The notes: generated by a model not told the origin, from the letters alone. 64,000 nucleotides of DNA from an uncultured Syntrophales bacterium (GCA_964454305.1 CAYVXX010000002.1:11719-75718); one strand, 5' to 3'. Numbered from the stretch's first letter, positions 19,396-29,440 are shown. Program-made: numbers and translations.

Positions 19396-20132
19396 TTTAC
19401 ATAAAATCTTTCGATAATATTGAGGAACTCAGAGGTAAAATTATCCATTTCCAATGTGATTGTTCTTATTTCTCTTATGTAATAATTATAGAAAATAACG
19501 GCGGGTATGGCTGCTGCCAGACCTGCGGCCGTAGCGATAAGCGCCTCCGAAATTCCGGGGGCAACAACAGCCAACGTTGCCGAACCCTTGGCGCCAATGC
19601 CTCTGAACGCATTCATTATACCCCATACCGTACCGAAAAGTCCTATAAAGGGAGATGCGCTGCCTGTTGTAGCAAGAAACCCGAGGGCGCTCTCCAGTTT
19701 TGTGGTTTCAAAACTACATGACTTGTTGAGCGCTCGTTCAATATTATCTATACCCTTCACTTCAAAAGGCGTATCTGCTTCATCAGTCGATGAATCTTTT
19801 TTACTCCTGCCTATCTTTCCAAGCTCAATATATCCCGCCCTAAAAACCTCGGCAACTGTGGAATATTTGAACTTCTTTGATTCCGGGAAAACTTCTGACA
19901 GTTTAGTGCTCTTCATATATGTTTCCAGGAACATATTGTTTTCTGTTTTTGTTTTCTTTATGGTCCTGTATTTTATGAGGATAATTGCCCATGATACTAC
20001 GGAAAAGCAAAGTAATAATAGAAGTACAAACTGCACCATCGGCCCCGAATCCAGAACCATGCTCAAAAGGCTACCATGAAAATGCCCACCAAGATCTACT
20101 GCTGTGACGGCTGAAATCTCCTTCACTTTCAC
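19392..20132 (-). CDS. tolQ: MotA/TolQ/ExbB proton channel protein
   Basis: Motif TTGSASPFIGLFGTVWGIM...ALIATAAGL. Confidence 0.85.
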   Translation of the reverse strand: MKVKEISAVTAVDLGGHFHGSLLSMVLDSGPMVQFVLLLLLCFSVVSWAIILIKYRTIKKTKTENNMFLETYMKSTKLSEVFPESKKFKYSTVAEVFRAGYIELGKIGRSKKDSSTDEADTPFEVKGIDNIERALNKSCSFETTKLESALGFLATTGSASPFIGLFGTVWGIMNAFRGIGAKGSATLAVVAPGISEALIATAAGLAAAIPAVIFYNYYIREIRTITLEMDNFTSEFLNIIERFYVK

Positions 20133-20281
20133 TCTCCTGTGTGTTTATATGCGAATTTTTGACGTGAACAGATGTAATTTAAAATTGTTATATTGTCAAC
20201 AGATTTTAAGAGCGCAGGGGTGTTTGGTTTTCACAATCTTATTGCAATGGCGGTGCGGGTAAGATAGATTGTCTTTCAATC

Positions 20282-21931
20282 ATGAGACACCTTAGTCATA
20301 TAATCCCAATTCTGATAGCACTTTTTCTTCTGGCCATTTGCAGCTGTGGCAACGACACAAAACAGGGGGCTCCTGCTAAAAAGGAGGGGGCGTCCGATAC
20401 GGGCCCCGCATATGGTGACATCATGGTGGAAGGTTCCATCGGGGACGCAAGCAATTTGATACCGATCCTTTCCTCGGACAGCACCTCCCACGGTGTCGCC
20501 TCAATGATCTACAACGGTCTCGTAAAATATGATAAAGACCTGAACATAGTGGGAGACCTGGCCGAATCATGGAATATTTCCAAAGATGGGATGACGATTA
20601 CCTTCCATTTGAGAAAAGGTGTGAAATGGCATGACGGCTATCCCTTTACCGCCGAAGATGTTCTGTTCACTTACCAGGTTACCATAGACCCCAAAACACC
20701 TACCGCCTACTCCGGTGATTTTCTCAAGGTCAAGAAGGCTCAAGCTATCGATCCTTATACATTCAGGGTAATTTACGATATACCATTTGCCCCGGCACTC
20801 GCAAGCTGGAGCTCCTCCATACTCCCCAAGCATCTTCTTAACGGAAAAGATATAACCAGAACTAAACTCTCACGCAGCCCAATAGGAACCGGGCCATATA
20901 TGTTCAAAGAATGGAAAACCGGTCAGAAGATAGTCCTGATTTCAAACCCCGACTATTTTGAAGGAAGACCGTACATAGATGGTTATATCATGCGCATAAT
21001 ACCGGACATGGCAACAATGTTTTTAGAGCTGCGTGCGAAAGGAATCGACCGGATGAACCTCACTCCTCTTCAGTATACCAGGCAGACAGAAAACAGGTTT
21101 TTCCGTAATAATTTCAATAAATATCGCTACCTTTCCTTTTCTTATACCTATTTTGGATACAACCTCAAAAATCCGTTCTTCAAGGACAAACGTGTACGCC
21201 AGGCTATAAGTCACGCAATTAACAAAGAAGAAATTATCCAGGGTGTTATTCTTGGACTGGGAAAAGTAGCAACAGGTCCTTTCAAGCCGGGTACCTGGGC
21301 ATATAATTCCGGAGTGAAAAGAGATAGCTATGACCCTCAAAAAGCGAGGAAACTCCTCGCGGAAGCAGGCTGGAAAGATACCGACGGTGACGGTATCCTG
21401 GATAAAAACGGAAAACCCTTCGTCTTCGAAATTATTACGAATCAGGGAAATGAAATCCGCGCAAAGTGTGCCGAGATCATCCAGAGACGTCTTGCCGATA
21501 TAGGAATGACAGTAAAGATCAGGATTATCGAATGGGCTGCTTTCATAAAAGAGTTTATCAATAAGCGCAGGTTTGACGCAACCATACTCGGCTGGACCAT
21601 CCCCCTTGATCCGGATCTTTATGATGTATGGCATTCCAGTAAAACGGGGGCAGAAGAACTAAATTTCATATCGTACAAGAATGACGAGGTAGACCAGCTG
21701 CTGGAAAATGGAAGAAGCACCTTCGACAGAAAAGTAAGAAAAAGATGCTACGACAGAATACAGGAGATCCTGGCGGAAGAACAGCCTTACACATTTTTAT
21801 ATGTTCCTGATGCGCTCCCCATAATCAGCTACCGATTCCGTGGAATAAAACCCGCCCCCATCGGTATAGGATACAATTTCATCAAGTGGTATGTTCCCGA
21901 AGGCGAGCAGAGGCTGATTATGAAAAGATAA
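20282..21931 (+). CDS. ABC transporter substrate-binding lipoprotein, family 5 (peptide/nickel type)
   Basis: Lipobox AICSCG and family-5 solute-binding-protein-like sequence over the full length. No permease or ATPase genes are adjacent. Confidence 0.75.
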   Translation: MRHLSHIIPILIALFLLAICSCGNDTKQGAPAKKEGASDTGPAYGDIMVEGSIGDASNLIPILSSDSTSHGVASMIYNGLVKYDKDLNIVGDLAESWNISKDGMTITFHLRKGVKWHDGYPFTAEDVLFTYQVTIDPKTPTAYSGDFLKVKKAQAIDPYTFRVIYDIPFAPALASWSSSILPKHLLNGKDITRTKLSRSPIGTGPYMFKEWKTGQKIVLISNPDYFEGRPYIDGYIMRIIPDMATMFLELRAKGIDRMNLTPLQYTRQTENRFFRNNFNKYRYLSFSYTYFGYNLKNPFFKDKRVRQAISHAINKEEIIQGVILGLGKVATGPFKPGTWAYNSGVKRDSYDPQKARKLLAEAGWKDTDGDGILDKNGKPFVFEIITNQGNEIRAKCAEIIQRRLADIGMTVKIRIIEWAAFIKEFINKRRFDATILGWTIPLDPDLYDVWHSSKTGAEELNFISYKNDEVDQLLENGRSTFDRKVRKRCYDRIQEILAEEQPYTFLYVPDALPIISYRFRGIKPAPIGIGYNFIKWYVPEGEQRLIMKR

Positions 21932-21979
21932 GGGCCTGCCGCAAGCCCTAAAGACGGAAGAGTATCACCAAGGGCTCTT

Positions 21980-23053
21980 TTATCTTAAAACCTTATAACA
22001 TAAAACCGGTTCAATTTTATTTTTGACGTATATTTTGCCCTCTTCTTGTATACGGAAAAGACCCTTGGTTTGGCTATGTGTTTCCTTACCAACAATTATT
22101 TCGCCACCTCCCGCCATCTTCTCCAATCTTGCGGCAATATTTACACTGTCACCTATAACCGTGTGGTCTTTTCTGCTCTCAGAACCTACACTTCCGACAA
22201 TGACAATACCCGTGTTGATTCCGATTCCTATATCAAAGCTTTCCTTATACTCTTTGTTTTCATCTTTCATCATTTTTTCTATAGTATCCTGCATCTCTAT
22301 GGCTGCACGAATGGCGTCACAGGAACCTTTGTTTTCAGAAGGAATCAGTCCAAATACGGCCATAATCTGGTCACCTACAAATTTATCTAATACACCATTA
22401 TATTTAAAAATGATGCCCGACATGGTGCTGAAAAACCGGTTGAGCATTGTAACAACTTCTTCAGCCTCCATCCTCTCGGAAAAGGTGGAAAAAGCCCGTA
22501 TGTCGGCAAAGAGTATGGTGGCCTCCGTTCTTTCATGTTCAAGAAACACTTCATCTTTTGACTTAATCAACCTTTCTACTAAATTATCTCCCACATATCG
22601 GGTCAGCATTCTCCTCAAATCTTCTTCCTCCTGGATCCTCTTATAGGACAAAGTGAGGTTTCTACTATAAGTCATAAGTTGCACAGATTGTTCACTGATG
22701 TCACGTTTAAGCTCATTCAGTTCTTGGATAATGGAGTTAAAATTACCAGCTATATCATTCAGCTCCCGATCTGCAGTAATCTGGATGAAGGTTTTATTTT
22801 TGTCCAGTAAAATACTGTCTGTTTTTCTGGAAAGGTCAACAAGCTGGTCGGCCGATTTTCGCAGGAGAGAAAAACCAGCCAGAAGAAGAAAGCAAGTCAG
22901 AGCGGCAAAAAGGACCATCATATCCGTCAAATGTATTCTTTCATAGACAAACAGATAGATAACCATCAGAAAAGGGAAAATCCCCAACAGGATTAAAACG
23001 ACCTTTGTCTTGCCAACAAAGCTGTCATAATTATTATATTCCGGCTCTGCCAT
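21980..23053 (-). CDS. Membrane-anchored class III adenylate/guanylate cyclase with HAMP-like linker
   Basis: Two TM segments and the cyclase core ATILFADIRAFSTFSE...KFVGDQIMAVFG...IGINTG...GDSVNIAARLE. Confidence 0.8.
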   Translation of the reverse strand: MAEPEYNNYDSFVGKTKVVLILLGIFPFLMVIYLFVYERIHLTDMMVLFAALTCFLLLAGFSLLRKSADQLVDLSRKTDSILLDKNKTFIQITADRELNDIAGNFNSIIQELNELKRDISEQSVQLMTYSRNLTLSYKRIQEEEDLRRMLTRYVGDNLVERLIKSKDEVFLEHERTEATILFADIRAFSTFSERMEAEEVVTMLNRFFSTMSGIIFKYNGVLDKFVGDQIMAVFGLIPSENKGSCDAIRAAIEMQDTIEKMMKDENKEYKESFDIGIGINTGIVIVGSVGSESRKDHTVIGDSVNIAARLEKMAGGGEIIVGKETHSQTKGLFRIQEEGKIYVKNKIEPVLCYKVLR

Positions 23054-23123
23054 TGATAATATTAATTTCCCCTTACAGTCTTAATGTGTTCGCCTGCCAA
23101 TTCCGCAGTAAACTGCAGAGATT

Positions 23124-23489
23124 TCACCCATTATGCATTTTCAACGGATCATCAAATCTGATTGCCACGCCCATTCCTTCACTTTCTTCACCAGCATCTG
23201 GTGATTTCTGTAAATATGTCCGTACAACAGTCGCTGTTCCTGCCAGATAAGCACGTACATCATCTGTTCTAGGTAAATAAATAATTATTTCTAACGGCTG
23301 CCCTAAAAAATATTTGTGAGATTGGCGGGTTATAAACTTGGCGCCTCCTGCGGAGACATCACTTAACACTGCATTATCAATATATTGATTCCCATCAATA
23401 TCGTTAGCAGTCACTTCCAGGATAAAGTCAAACAGAACGCGTTTAGATTGTCTCCTGTCTTCGCTATTATTCATTGTTTTTCCTGGCAA
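23124..23489 (-). CDS. PilZ domain protein (c-di-GMP receptor type)
   Basis: Both PilZ signature motifs are present: RRQSKR (RxxxR) and DVSAGG (D/NxSxxG). Confidence 0.75.
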   Translation of the reverse strand: MPGKTMNNSEDRRQSKRVLFDFILEVTANDIDGNQYIDNAVLSDVSAGGAKFITRQSHKYFLGQPLEIIIYLPRTDDVRAYLAGTATVVRTYLQKSPDAGEESEGMGVAIRFDDPLKMHNG

Positions 23490-23564
23490 TTGGGCGAAAA
23501 ATAGATGAAGTAATCGAATTTGTCCCGACCGATAGTATAAAATAGAATTTGCGTACAGAACCCA

Positions 23565-24107
23565 TCAAAAGCCGTGTGCCGTTTCTACATAACCACCAAA
23601 AATAGACAGAAAAAGCATAAGAACAGCTACCTGAATTATCCAGCCGATCGCACAAACACTTACGGCACGCAATGTGCTCTGATAATCAAGTGCCTGTCTG
23701 ACAGCAATCACCATTGCGACCAGCATCCAGATAGCAGCAACCCAAAAAATCAACCCCGTCAGCCCCGGAATAACGCCAAATATTCGAATCAAGCCGGGTG
23801 AACTGGAAAAACCGATAGTTCGCAACAATTCACCGGGGTTCGATTTAGTCTGTGGTTCCGGCAGGAGTTTCGTACCAATAAAGTATGTCAGATATGCCCA
23901 TATATACCACCCGGCAAGAGCGGATATCGTTCCCAGCAAAACCACTGCAATCCTTCCACTTGCAATGCTTCCTACCCCGGCGGCAACACTGGAAAGGACA
24001 ACGATCCCCATCGCCTGCCACATTGCACCTTCATCAGCTTCAACCTCTTCATACAGCAAAGGATCTAACTTAGCGGCACGAATAATCCGATTTTTGAAAT
24101 CAGACAT
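23565..24107 (-). CDS. Yip1 domain membrane protein
   Basis: 180 aa with about 5 TM segments. The N-terminus ...LDPLLYEEVEADEGAMWQAMGIVVL... is typical of bacterial Yip1 family proteins. It starts 10 nt after the stop of the upstream gene. Confidence 0.65.
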   Translation of the reverse strand: MSDFKNRIIRAAKLDPLLYEEVEADEGAMWQAMGIVVLSSVAAGVGSIASGRIAVVLLGTISALAGWYIWAYLTYFIGTKLLPEPQTKSNPGELLRTIGFSSSPGLIRIFGVIPGLTGLIFWVAAIWMLVAMVIAVRQALDYQSTLRAVSVCAIGWIIQVAVLMLFLSIFGGYVETAHGF

Positions 24108-24117
24108 ATTTTCCCCT

Positions 24118-25272
24118 TTAGTAACGGAACATGGCGGCCATCGGTGCGTTATCAGGAACCTTCTCCGGAGCTATCGCATAGACGGTCCCGCCATTTAAGA
24201 AGGTCTGAATGGCAGCAAAATCGAGTAAATCTTCGTCACCGGGCTCCGACTCCTCGTGTAGGTATGCTTCGTTACTATCAGGATCGAAAATACCCCACTG
24301 CTGAAGGCCAACCGCAACAAATAACGTCCCGACCCGACCGTGATATGCTGACTGAATGATCTCTTTGACGTTGCCGGAAGTTAATCCTGTGCCGACAGAC
24401 TGCCGGTACAGGGCAACTGCGTCTTCCTGCGCTTTCTGGAAGTATGGCTGTACAATTGCCCACGCCTGGCTATGTAGCGCTTCCGCACTCAATCCTTCGG
24501 GATTTCCCGTAACCCCTTCGTCCAATAGATTGGGGTAAGAATTTGCTTCTCTGTAAATCGGAAAGAGATAATCAACTCCGGCCAGCACTAAAGGTTCTTG
24601 TTTGTCCCTGAACATTTCGCGTAACCCTTTATCGAGGAGATGAAAGTATCGTAAGATATTATCCTTTTTAGGGACCTCGCTCCCCGCCCCTTGACCATGA
24701 AACATAGCTGAACGATCACCGCTTCCCAGCGACGTGCCGGTATGAGACCGAAGCTGTTTTCCCAAAACATCAAGCTGGAGTGCTTCTGCAAGGTTTTTCG
24801 GAATACCCTCTAAATCAACCTCGTTGATACTCTGTCGAGTGCCCTGAAGAAGCCTGACCTCGTTCTGGCTGAGGGCAAGGACATAAAACTGCCCGTCACC
24901 ACAAAGTATAGGGAGAAGAGGCTTGATGTGAAAACGGTCGGTGACGACCAGCAATTCCTTAAAATCAAGAGGAAGTCGATAGAGGCGAAATACTTCGGAA
25001 GAGAGAAATATGGCAAGCCCTTCGCTCTGACGCCGCCAGAAAAACCCATTCCCTGAAATTGCCTGAACCGGTGCCAGCAATTCTTCCGCTTCCTGGGCAC
25101 GTAAACCGCTTGTAATCAGACGATCCTCGGCCTTGCGAAGCAGATTCCTAAGCCTGATTGGATTTTGCTGGGTTTCAACCCCCGCCCGGTGAGTGGGCAT
25201 AAACATCGAGACACAGAGCTTTTTCTGTTCTCGCATAAGTGTCTTTAACTCATCTCTGGACAATGTATTCAT
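24118..25272 (-). CDS. Hypothetical protein resembling bacterial eRF1/Pelota-like (baeRF-type) proteins
   Basis: The N-terminal pattern ...LCVSMFMPTHRAGVETQQNPIRLRNLLRKAEDRL and the C-terminal ...AYHGRVGTLFVAVG... resemble, from memory, the VS.Y.PTHR... and G.V.TL.V motifs of eRF1/Pelota domain-3-like bacterial families. This was not verified by any search. Confidence 0.4.
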   Translation of the reverse strand: MNTLSRDELKTLMREQKKLCVSMFMPTHRAGVETQQNPIRLRNLLRKAEDRLITSGLRAQEAEELLAPVQAISGNGFFWRRQSEGLAIFLSSEVFRLYRLPLDFKELLVVTDRFHIKPLLPILCGDGQFYVLALSQNEVRLLQGTRQSINEVDLEGIPKNLAEALQLDVLGKQLRSHTGTSLGSGDRSAMFHGQGAGSEVPKKDNILRYFHLLDKGLREMFRDKQEPLVLAGVDYLFPIYREANSYPNLLDEGVTGNPEGLSAEALHSQAWAIVQPYFQKAQEDAVALYRQSVGTGLTSGNVKEIIQSAYHGRVGTLFVAVGLQQWGIFDPDSNEAYLHEESEPGDEDLLDFAAIQTFLNGGTVYAIAPEKVPDNAPMAAMFRY

Positions 25273-25504
25273 ATGATTATTTTCTCCCTTGCACAGTTAT
25301 GGCTCTTTATTAAAAACATCCAATATGTACAAAAAGTTTTTTGGGGAAATTTGGATAAAAATCGGTTGATTTGCTCTCTCCATAAACCGAATTCTTCAGA
25401 AAATAACGCAGGTAAGTTTAAAGATCGTTTTGTGCTTTATGAAAAATGTTGTTTCATTTCCTGTGTGGTTAATTATAGAAAAACGAATCCTGATTGTCAA
25501 CTCT

Positions 25505-26299
25505 TTAAACTGGATTTTTTTTGAATTCCCCAACAAAAGAAGAGACCTTTTCCACCAGATCTTCTCTTTCGCTGTTCTCTTCAATAAGCCTGACAACAGC
25601 ACTTCCCACAACTATCCCATCGGCATATTCGGCAACTTCTCCGCACTGTTCCGGTGTGGATATGCCAAAACCGACACTGACCGGAAGGTTTGTTACCTTT
25701 CTTATCCTTTCTATATCCTTTCTGACATCGCTAATTTCCGGTTTTTTCGTTCCCGTCACACCCATAATTGAAACATAATAGATAAACCCGGTCGCTCTTT
25801 CCGATATTTTCTTGATTCGATAATCATCGGTTGTTGGCGTTATCAAAGAGATAAAATCAATTCCGGATTTATCAGTATATTTCCTCAATTCGTCTGACTC
25901 TTCCGGGGGAAGATCAACCACCAGGATTCCATCCACCCCGGCCTCTTTCGCCCTGATGGCAAATTTTTCATTTCCGTAAATAAAAATGGGATTGTAATAG
26001 CCGAACAGGACGACGGGAATCTCAGAGACTCTTCGCACCTCTTCGATCATATCGAGGATATCAGAAAGCGTTGTCCCCCCTTTCAATGCCCTCTGGGAAG
26101 CGGCCTGAATAATCGGCCCATCTGCTGTCGGATCTGAAAAGGGGACTCCAATCTCTACTACATCTACTCCGGCTTTATCGAGACCGAGAATCATTTCATA
26201 CGTTTTTCCCAGACTTGGATCCCCCGCAGTCAGGTAAATGATCAGAGCCTTTTCACCTCTTCCCTTCAAATCATCAAACCTTTTTTCTATACGTCCCAT
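25505..26299 (-). CDS. trpA: Tryptophan synthase alpha chain
   Basis: Motifs [19 protein letters not shown] and GFGIS. The start is placed at MGRIEKRF, with GGAGAAGGA upstream; the track ORF extends to 26359. Confidence 0.9.
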   Translation of the reverse strand: MGRIEKRFDDLKGRGEKALIIYLTAGDPSLGKTYEMILGLDKAGVDVVEIGVPFSDPTADGPIIQAASQRALKGGTTLSDILDMIEEVRRVSEIPVVLFGYYNPIFIYGNEKFAIRAKEAGVDGILVVDLPPEESDELRKYTDKSGIDFISLITPTTDDYRIKKISERATGFIYYVSIMGVTGTKKPEISDVRKDIERIRKVTNLPVSVGFGISTPEQCGEVAEYADGIVVGSAVVRLIEENSEREDLVEKVSSFVGEFKKNPV

Positions 26300-26398
26300 T
26301 ATTGTCCTTCTCCTCTTCTTCGATAAGTTCGCAAAAATCTCCAGGTACAAGGCACACAAATTCTGAGGCCTACCCCTGTGAAAACAGGGGTGGATTTT

Positions 26399-27592
26399 TT
26401 ACAAATCCGTCATTCTCTCGGAAATGATTCCCGTATCTTTATCGCCCCTCCCGGAGAGGTTGACCACGATGATCTTATCCTTTGCAAGGGTTGGAGCCAT
26501 CTTTATAGCATACGCTATAGCATGAGCACTTTCCATGGCAGGAATGATCCCCTCGCATTTTGTCAGGAAAACGACGGCATTAAATGCCTCATCATCGTCT
26601 ATCGCCACATATTGAGCTCTTCCCGTCTCGTGAAAATAGCCGTGTTCGGGACCCACGCCGGGATAGTCAAGGCCGGCAGCGACGGAAAAGGCATCCTTGA
26701 CCTGCCCGCCTTCATCCTGGAGTATATACGTTTTGTTTCCGTGAAGCACACCGATACTTCCAGCCGAGATACTCGCTGCATGCATCCCTGTCTTTATCCC
26801 CTGTCCTGCGGCCTCCACTCCGATCATCGCCACATCAGCATCATCCCTAAAGGGATAGAAAAGACCCATGGAATTGCTCCCACCCCCCACACAGGCGATA
26901 AGGACATTGGGCAGTCTTCCCTCTTTTTCCATTATTTGTTTTTTGGTCTCTTCTCCGATGACGCATTGGAAATCCCTTACCATTACAGGATACGGGTGGG
27001 GGCCCGCCGTGGATCCGATAACATAAAATGTATCCCTTACCCGTGAAACCCAGTGACGCATTGCTTCATTCATGGCATCCTTCAGTGTTCCGGTGCCTGA
27101 GGTCACAGGTACCACCTCCGCCCCCAATATCTTCATCCGAAAGACATTCTGGGATTGTCTCCGTATATCCTCTTCACCCATGAACACCTGGCATTCCATT
27201 CCAAACAGCGCTGCAACCGTGGCTGTTGCCACACCATGCTGGCCGGCACCTGTCTCCGCTATAACTCTTTTTTTACCCATCCTTCTGGCAAGAAGTGCCT
27301 GTCCAAGGGTATTGTTAATCTTGTGGGAACCGGTATGATTGAGATCTTCCCGCTTCAGATATATCTTTGCACCCCCCAGCTTCTCGGTAAAATGCCTGGC
27401 ATAGTACAAAGGGGTTTCCCTCCCCGAATATTCACGCAAATAGAATGATAACTCATCCCTGAATGTTTGATCGTATTTCGTCTCATTGTAGACATTTTCC
27501 AGCTCAATAAGGGCAGGCATTAGTGTCTCGGCGGCATATCGCCCGCCGAAGATTCCAAAATGTCCGTTTTTATCGGGTAAATTTTGTTGCAT
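26399..27592 (-). CDS. trpB: Tryptophan synthase beta chain
   Basis: Motifs [10 protein letters not shown] and [11 protein letters not shown] (PLP Lys). The start is placed at [13 protein letters not shown], with GAAGGTG upstream. The track's 22-codon 5' extension runs into a family-C repeat. Confidence 0.9.
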   Translation of the reverse strand: MQQNLPDKNGHFGIFGGRYAAETLMPALIELENVYNETKYDQTFRDELSFYLREYSGRETPLYYARHFTEKLGGAKIYLKREDLNHTGSHKINNTLGQALLARRMGKKRVIAETGAGQHGVATATVAALFGMECQVFMGEEDIRRQSQNVFRMKILGAEVVPVTSGTGTLKDAMNEAMRHWVSRVRDTFYVIGSTAGPHPYPVMVRDFQCVIGEETKKQIMEKEGRLPNVLIACVGGGSNSMGLFYPFRDDADVAMIGVEAAGQGIKTGMHAASISAGSIGVLHGNKTYILQDEGGQVKDAFSVAAGLDYPGVGPEHGYFHETGRAQYVAIDDDEAFNAVVFLTKCEGIIPAMESAHAIAYAIKMAPTLAKDKIIVVNLSGRGDKDTGIISERMTDL

Positions 27593-27621
27593 GTTGTCAC
27601 CTTCCATTTTCATTTTTGATG

Positions 27622-27799
27622 TATTCGTAAAAAGTCCATTTTCTTCGCTCAGAACCATTTTGTGGATGCTGTTATTGCCCGGCTAAAAATCTAAAACTCG
27701 CGCTTGCGCACTTCAAACAGTTAGATTTTCTTAACGCCGGTCACCACCAACATCTTTTTCCCAAAATGCTTGAATTCGCTCCGAAAAAACTTTTTACGA
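27622..27799. repeat. Family-C element bounded by inverted repeats ATTCGTAAAAAGT / ACTTTTTACGAA
   Basis: The left arm is at 27622-27634 and the right arm at 27788-27799. The interior is itself an imperfect palindrome (AAAATCTAA...TTAGATTTT). It sits in the trpF-trpB spacer. Confidence 0.75.
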
Positions 27800-27821
27800 A
27801 CTTGTCATTTTTGACTCCTGA

Positions 27822-28457
27822 CTACTTTTTAAAGACAGTATGCTTCGTCATACTCCCCGTTTTTTTCACAATCTCAATGATTTTTCTCACCTTTTCAGGA
27901 TCTTTCTTCCCCGGTGACAGTTCAACTCCGCTATTTATATCCACGGCATCAGGCGAGACTACTCTTAGCGCGTCCTCAATATTGCCCAGATTCAGCCCGC
28001 CGGAGAGAATGAGAGGACAGTGCTCTTTGACCGCCACGGCAAGATCCCAGTCTGATTTTTTACCCGTACCCCCGTAAAGTTCCGGATGGCTGGTATCGAT
28101 CAGGATGGCGCTCACCGGATAGTCGGAAAAATGTGATGCTTGCTTTGATATCGCCTTTATCAATCTCGATTTAGGGAATTCCCGGCAGTACTGCGGTGAT
28201 TCATCTCCATGAAGCTGGATAAAGTCAAGACCGCAAAATTCCATTATTTCCTTTATCACTTTAGCCTCATGATTGACGAATACCCCCACCTTGCATACAT
28301 CACGAGGCAGTTTGTCTATAATTTTTCTTGCCGCCTCCGGCAGGATATATCTCGGACTTTTCTGGTAAAAAATAAACCCGAGGGCATCCGCACCGCACTG
28401 CGCCGCATTCATTGCATCGGCTGCGTTTGTCATCCCGCAGATCTTTATCTCAGTCAC
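27822..28457 (-). CDS. trpF: Phosphoribosylanthranilate isomerase
   Basis: N-terminus KICGMT, plus DALGFIF and SGGL. It overlaps trpC by 4 nt. Confidence 0.85.
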   Translation of the reverse strand: MTEIKICGMTNAADAMNAAQCGADALGFIFYQKSPRYILPEAARKIIDKLPRDVCKVGVFVNHEAKVIKEIMEFCGLDFIQLHGDESPQYCREFPKSRLIKAISKQASHFSDYPVSAILIDTSHPELYGGTGKKSDWDLAVAVKEHCPLILSGGLNLGNIEDALRVVSPDAVDINSGVELSPGKKDPEKVRKIIEIVKKTGSMTKHTVFKK

Positions 28458-29233
28458 TGTTTAGCTCCCAAAAGTTCCTTCAGCTTCCGGCCGATATCAT
28501 CCGCCCTCATAAGGGTCTCACCAACCAGGAAAGAATGAATACCCGCCTTCATTAAAATATCGATGTCTTCCCTTGTGTTGATACCGCTTTCACTGACGAT
28601 AATCCTCTCTTCCGGGATACTGGATGCCAGGTTCAGGCTGGTCATCAAATCAGTTGAAAATGTCTCCAGGTTTCTATTGTTAATGCCTATGATATCGGCC
28701 CCGACGGCAATGGCTCTTTCCAGCTCTTCCCTGGTATGTACTTCAACAAGGGAATCAAGGCCGAGTTGTGCTGCAATCCGGATATATTCCGTCAACTGTT
28801 CATCTCTCAGCAGTCTCACAATGAGAAGGATAGCATCACCGCCCAGGACTCTTGTTTCCCAAATTTGATAGGAATCAATTATAAAATCCTTTCTTAGGAG
28901 GGGAACGTCAACGATTTTCTTGATGGCCGAAAGATACGCCTTATCACCCTCGAAAAACTTCCTGTCTGTAAGAACCGATATGGCAGCCGCTTTGTTTTCT
29001 TCATAGATCAATGCAATTTTAAGGGGATCGAAATCCTCTCTCAACCTCCCCCTGGATGGTGAGCTTCTCTTGACCTCGGCAATTATGGAACATTCGTTAA
29101 GGCTTAAAGCCTTCCTGAAATCCCTTGCAGGTGGAATATTACAGACGATCTTTTGTAACTCGGAAACCGGCTCTGAATATTTCAGATGAGCTACTTCTTC
29201 CTTTTTAGCAGCAACGATCTTATCTAAAATCAT
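28454..29233 (-). CDS. trpC: Indole-3-glycerol phosphate synthase
   Basis: Motifs IAEVKRSSPS, LRKDFIID and GINNRNL. Confidence 0.9.
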   Translation of the reverse strand: MILDKIVAAKKEEVAHLKYSEPVSELQKIVCNIPPARDFRKALSLNECSIIAEVKRSSPSRGRLREDFDPLKIALIYEENKAAAISVLTDRKFFEGDKAYLSAIKKIVDVPLLRKDFIIDSYQIWETRVLGGDAILLIVRLLRDEQLTEYIRIAAQLGLDSLVEVHTREELERAIAVGADIIGINNRNLETFSTDLMTSLNLASSIPEERIIVSESGINTREDIDILMKAGIHSFLVGETLMRADDIGRKLKELLGAKQ

Positions 29234-29250
29234 ATTACGTACCCTAACCC

Positions 29251-29397
29251 CAAAAGTGCCTAAAGTTTGAAGTGCCTAAAGTGAGCTAAAGTTAATGTAC
29301 ACGCCTTCGGCGCGGTTAAATTCGAAACAGGCTGCGCTGAAAGCGCATTTTTTAACTTTAGGCACTTTAGTTCACTTTAGCTCACTTTACACTTTTG
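29251..29397. repeat. Family-A palindromic element, full-length copy
   Basis: It has ~24-nt imperfect terminal inverted repeats built from xxCTAAAGT words. About 100 nt (29273-29375) match the reverse complement of 61551-61653 at roughly 90 percent (10 mismatches counted by eye). It sits in the trpD-trpC spacer. Confidence 0.85.
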
Positions 29398-29440
29398 TTG
29401 GGTTTCGTACCTCAACCCAACCTACAACTAAACCAACCAA

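Noticed and set aside
26299-27658. Longest-ORF 5' extensions of trpA (to 26359), trpB (to 27658), prmA (from 7590), sirC (to 7576), alr (from 61672) and fdhA (to 58947).
   Set aside because: The extensions lack homology to the family N-termini, lack an RBS, or run into repeats (trpB, alr). Internal starts with good Shine-Dalgarno spacing were preferred.
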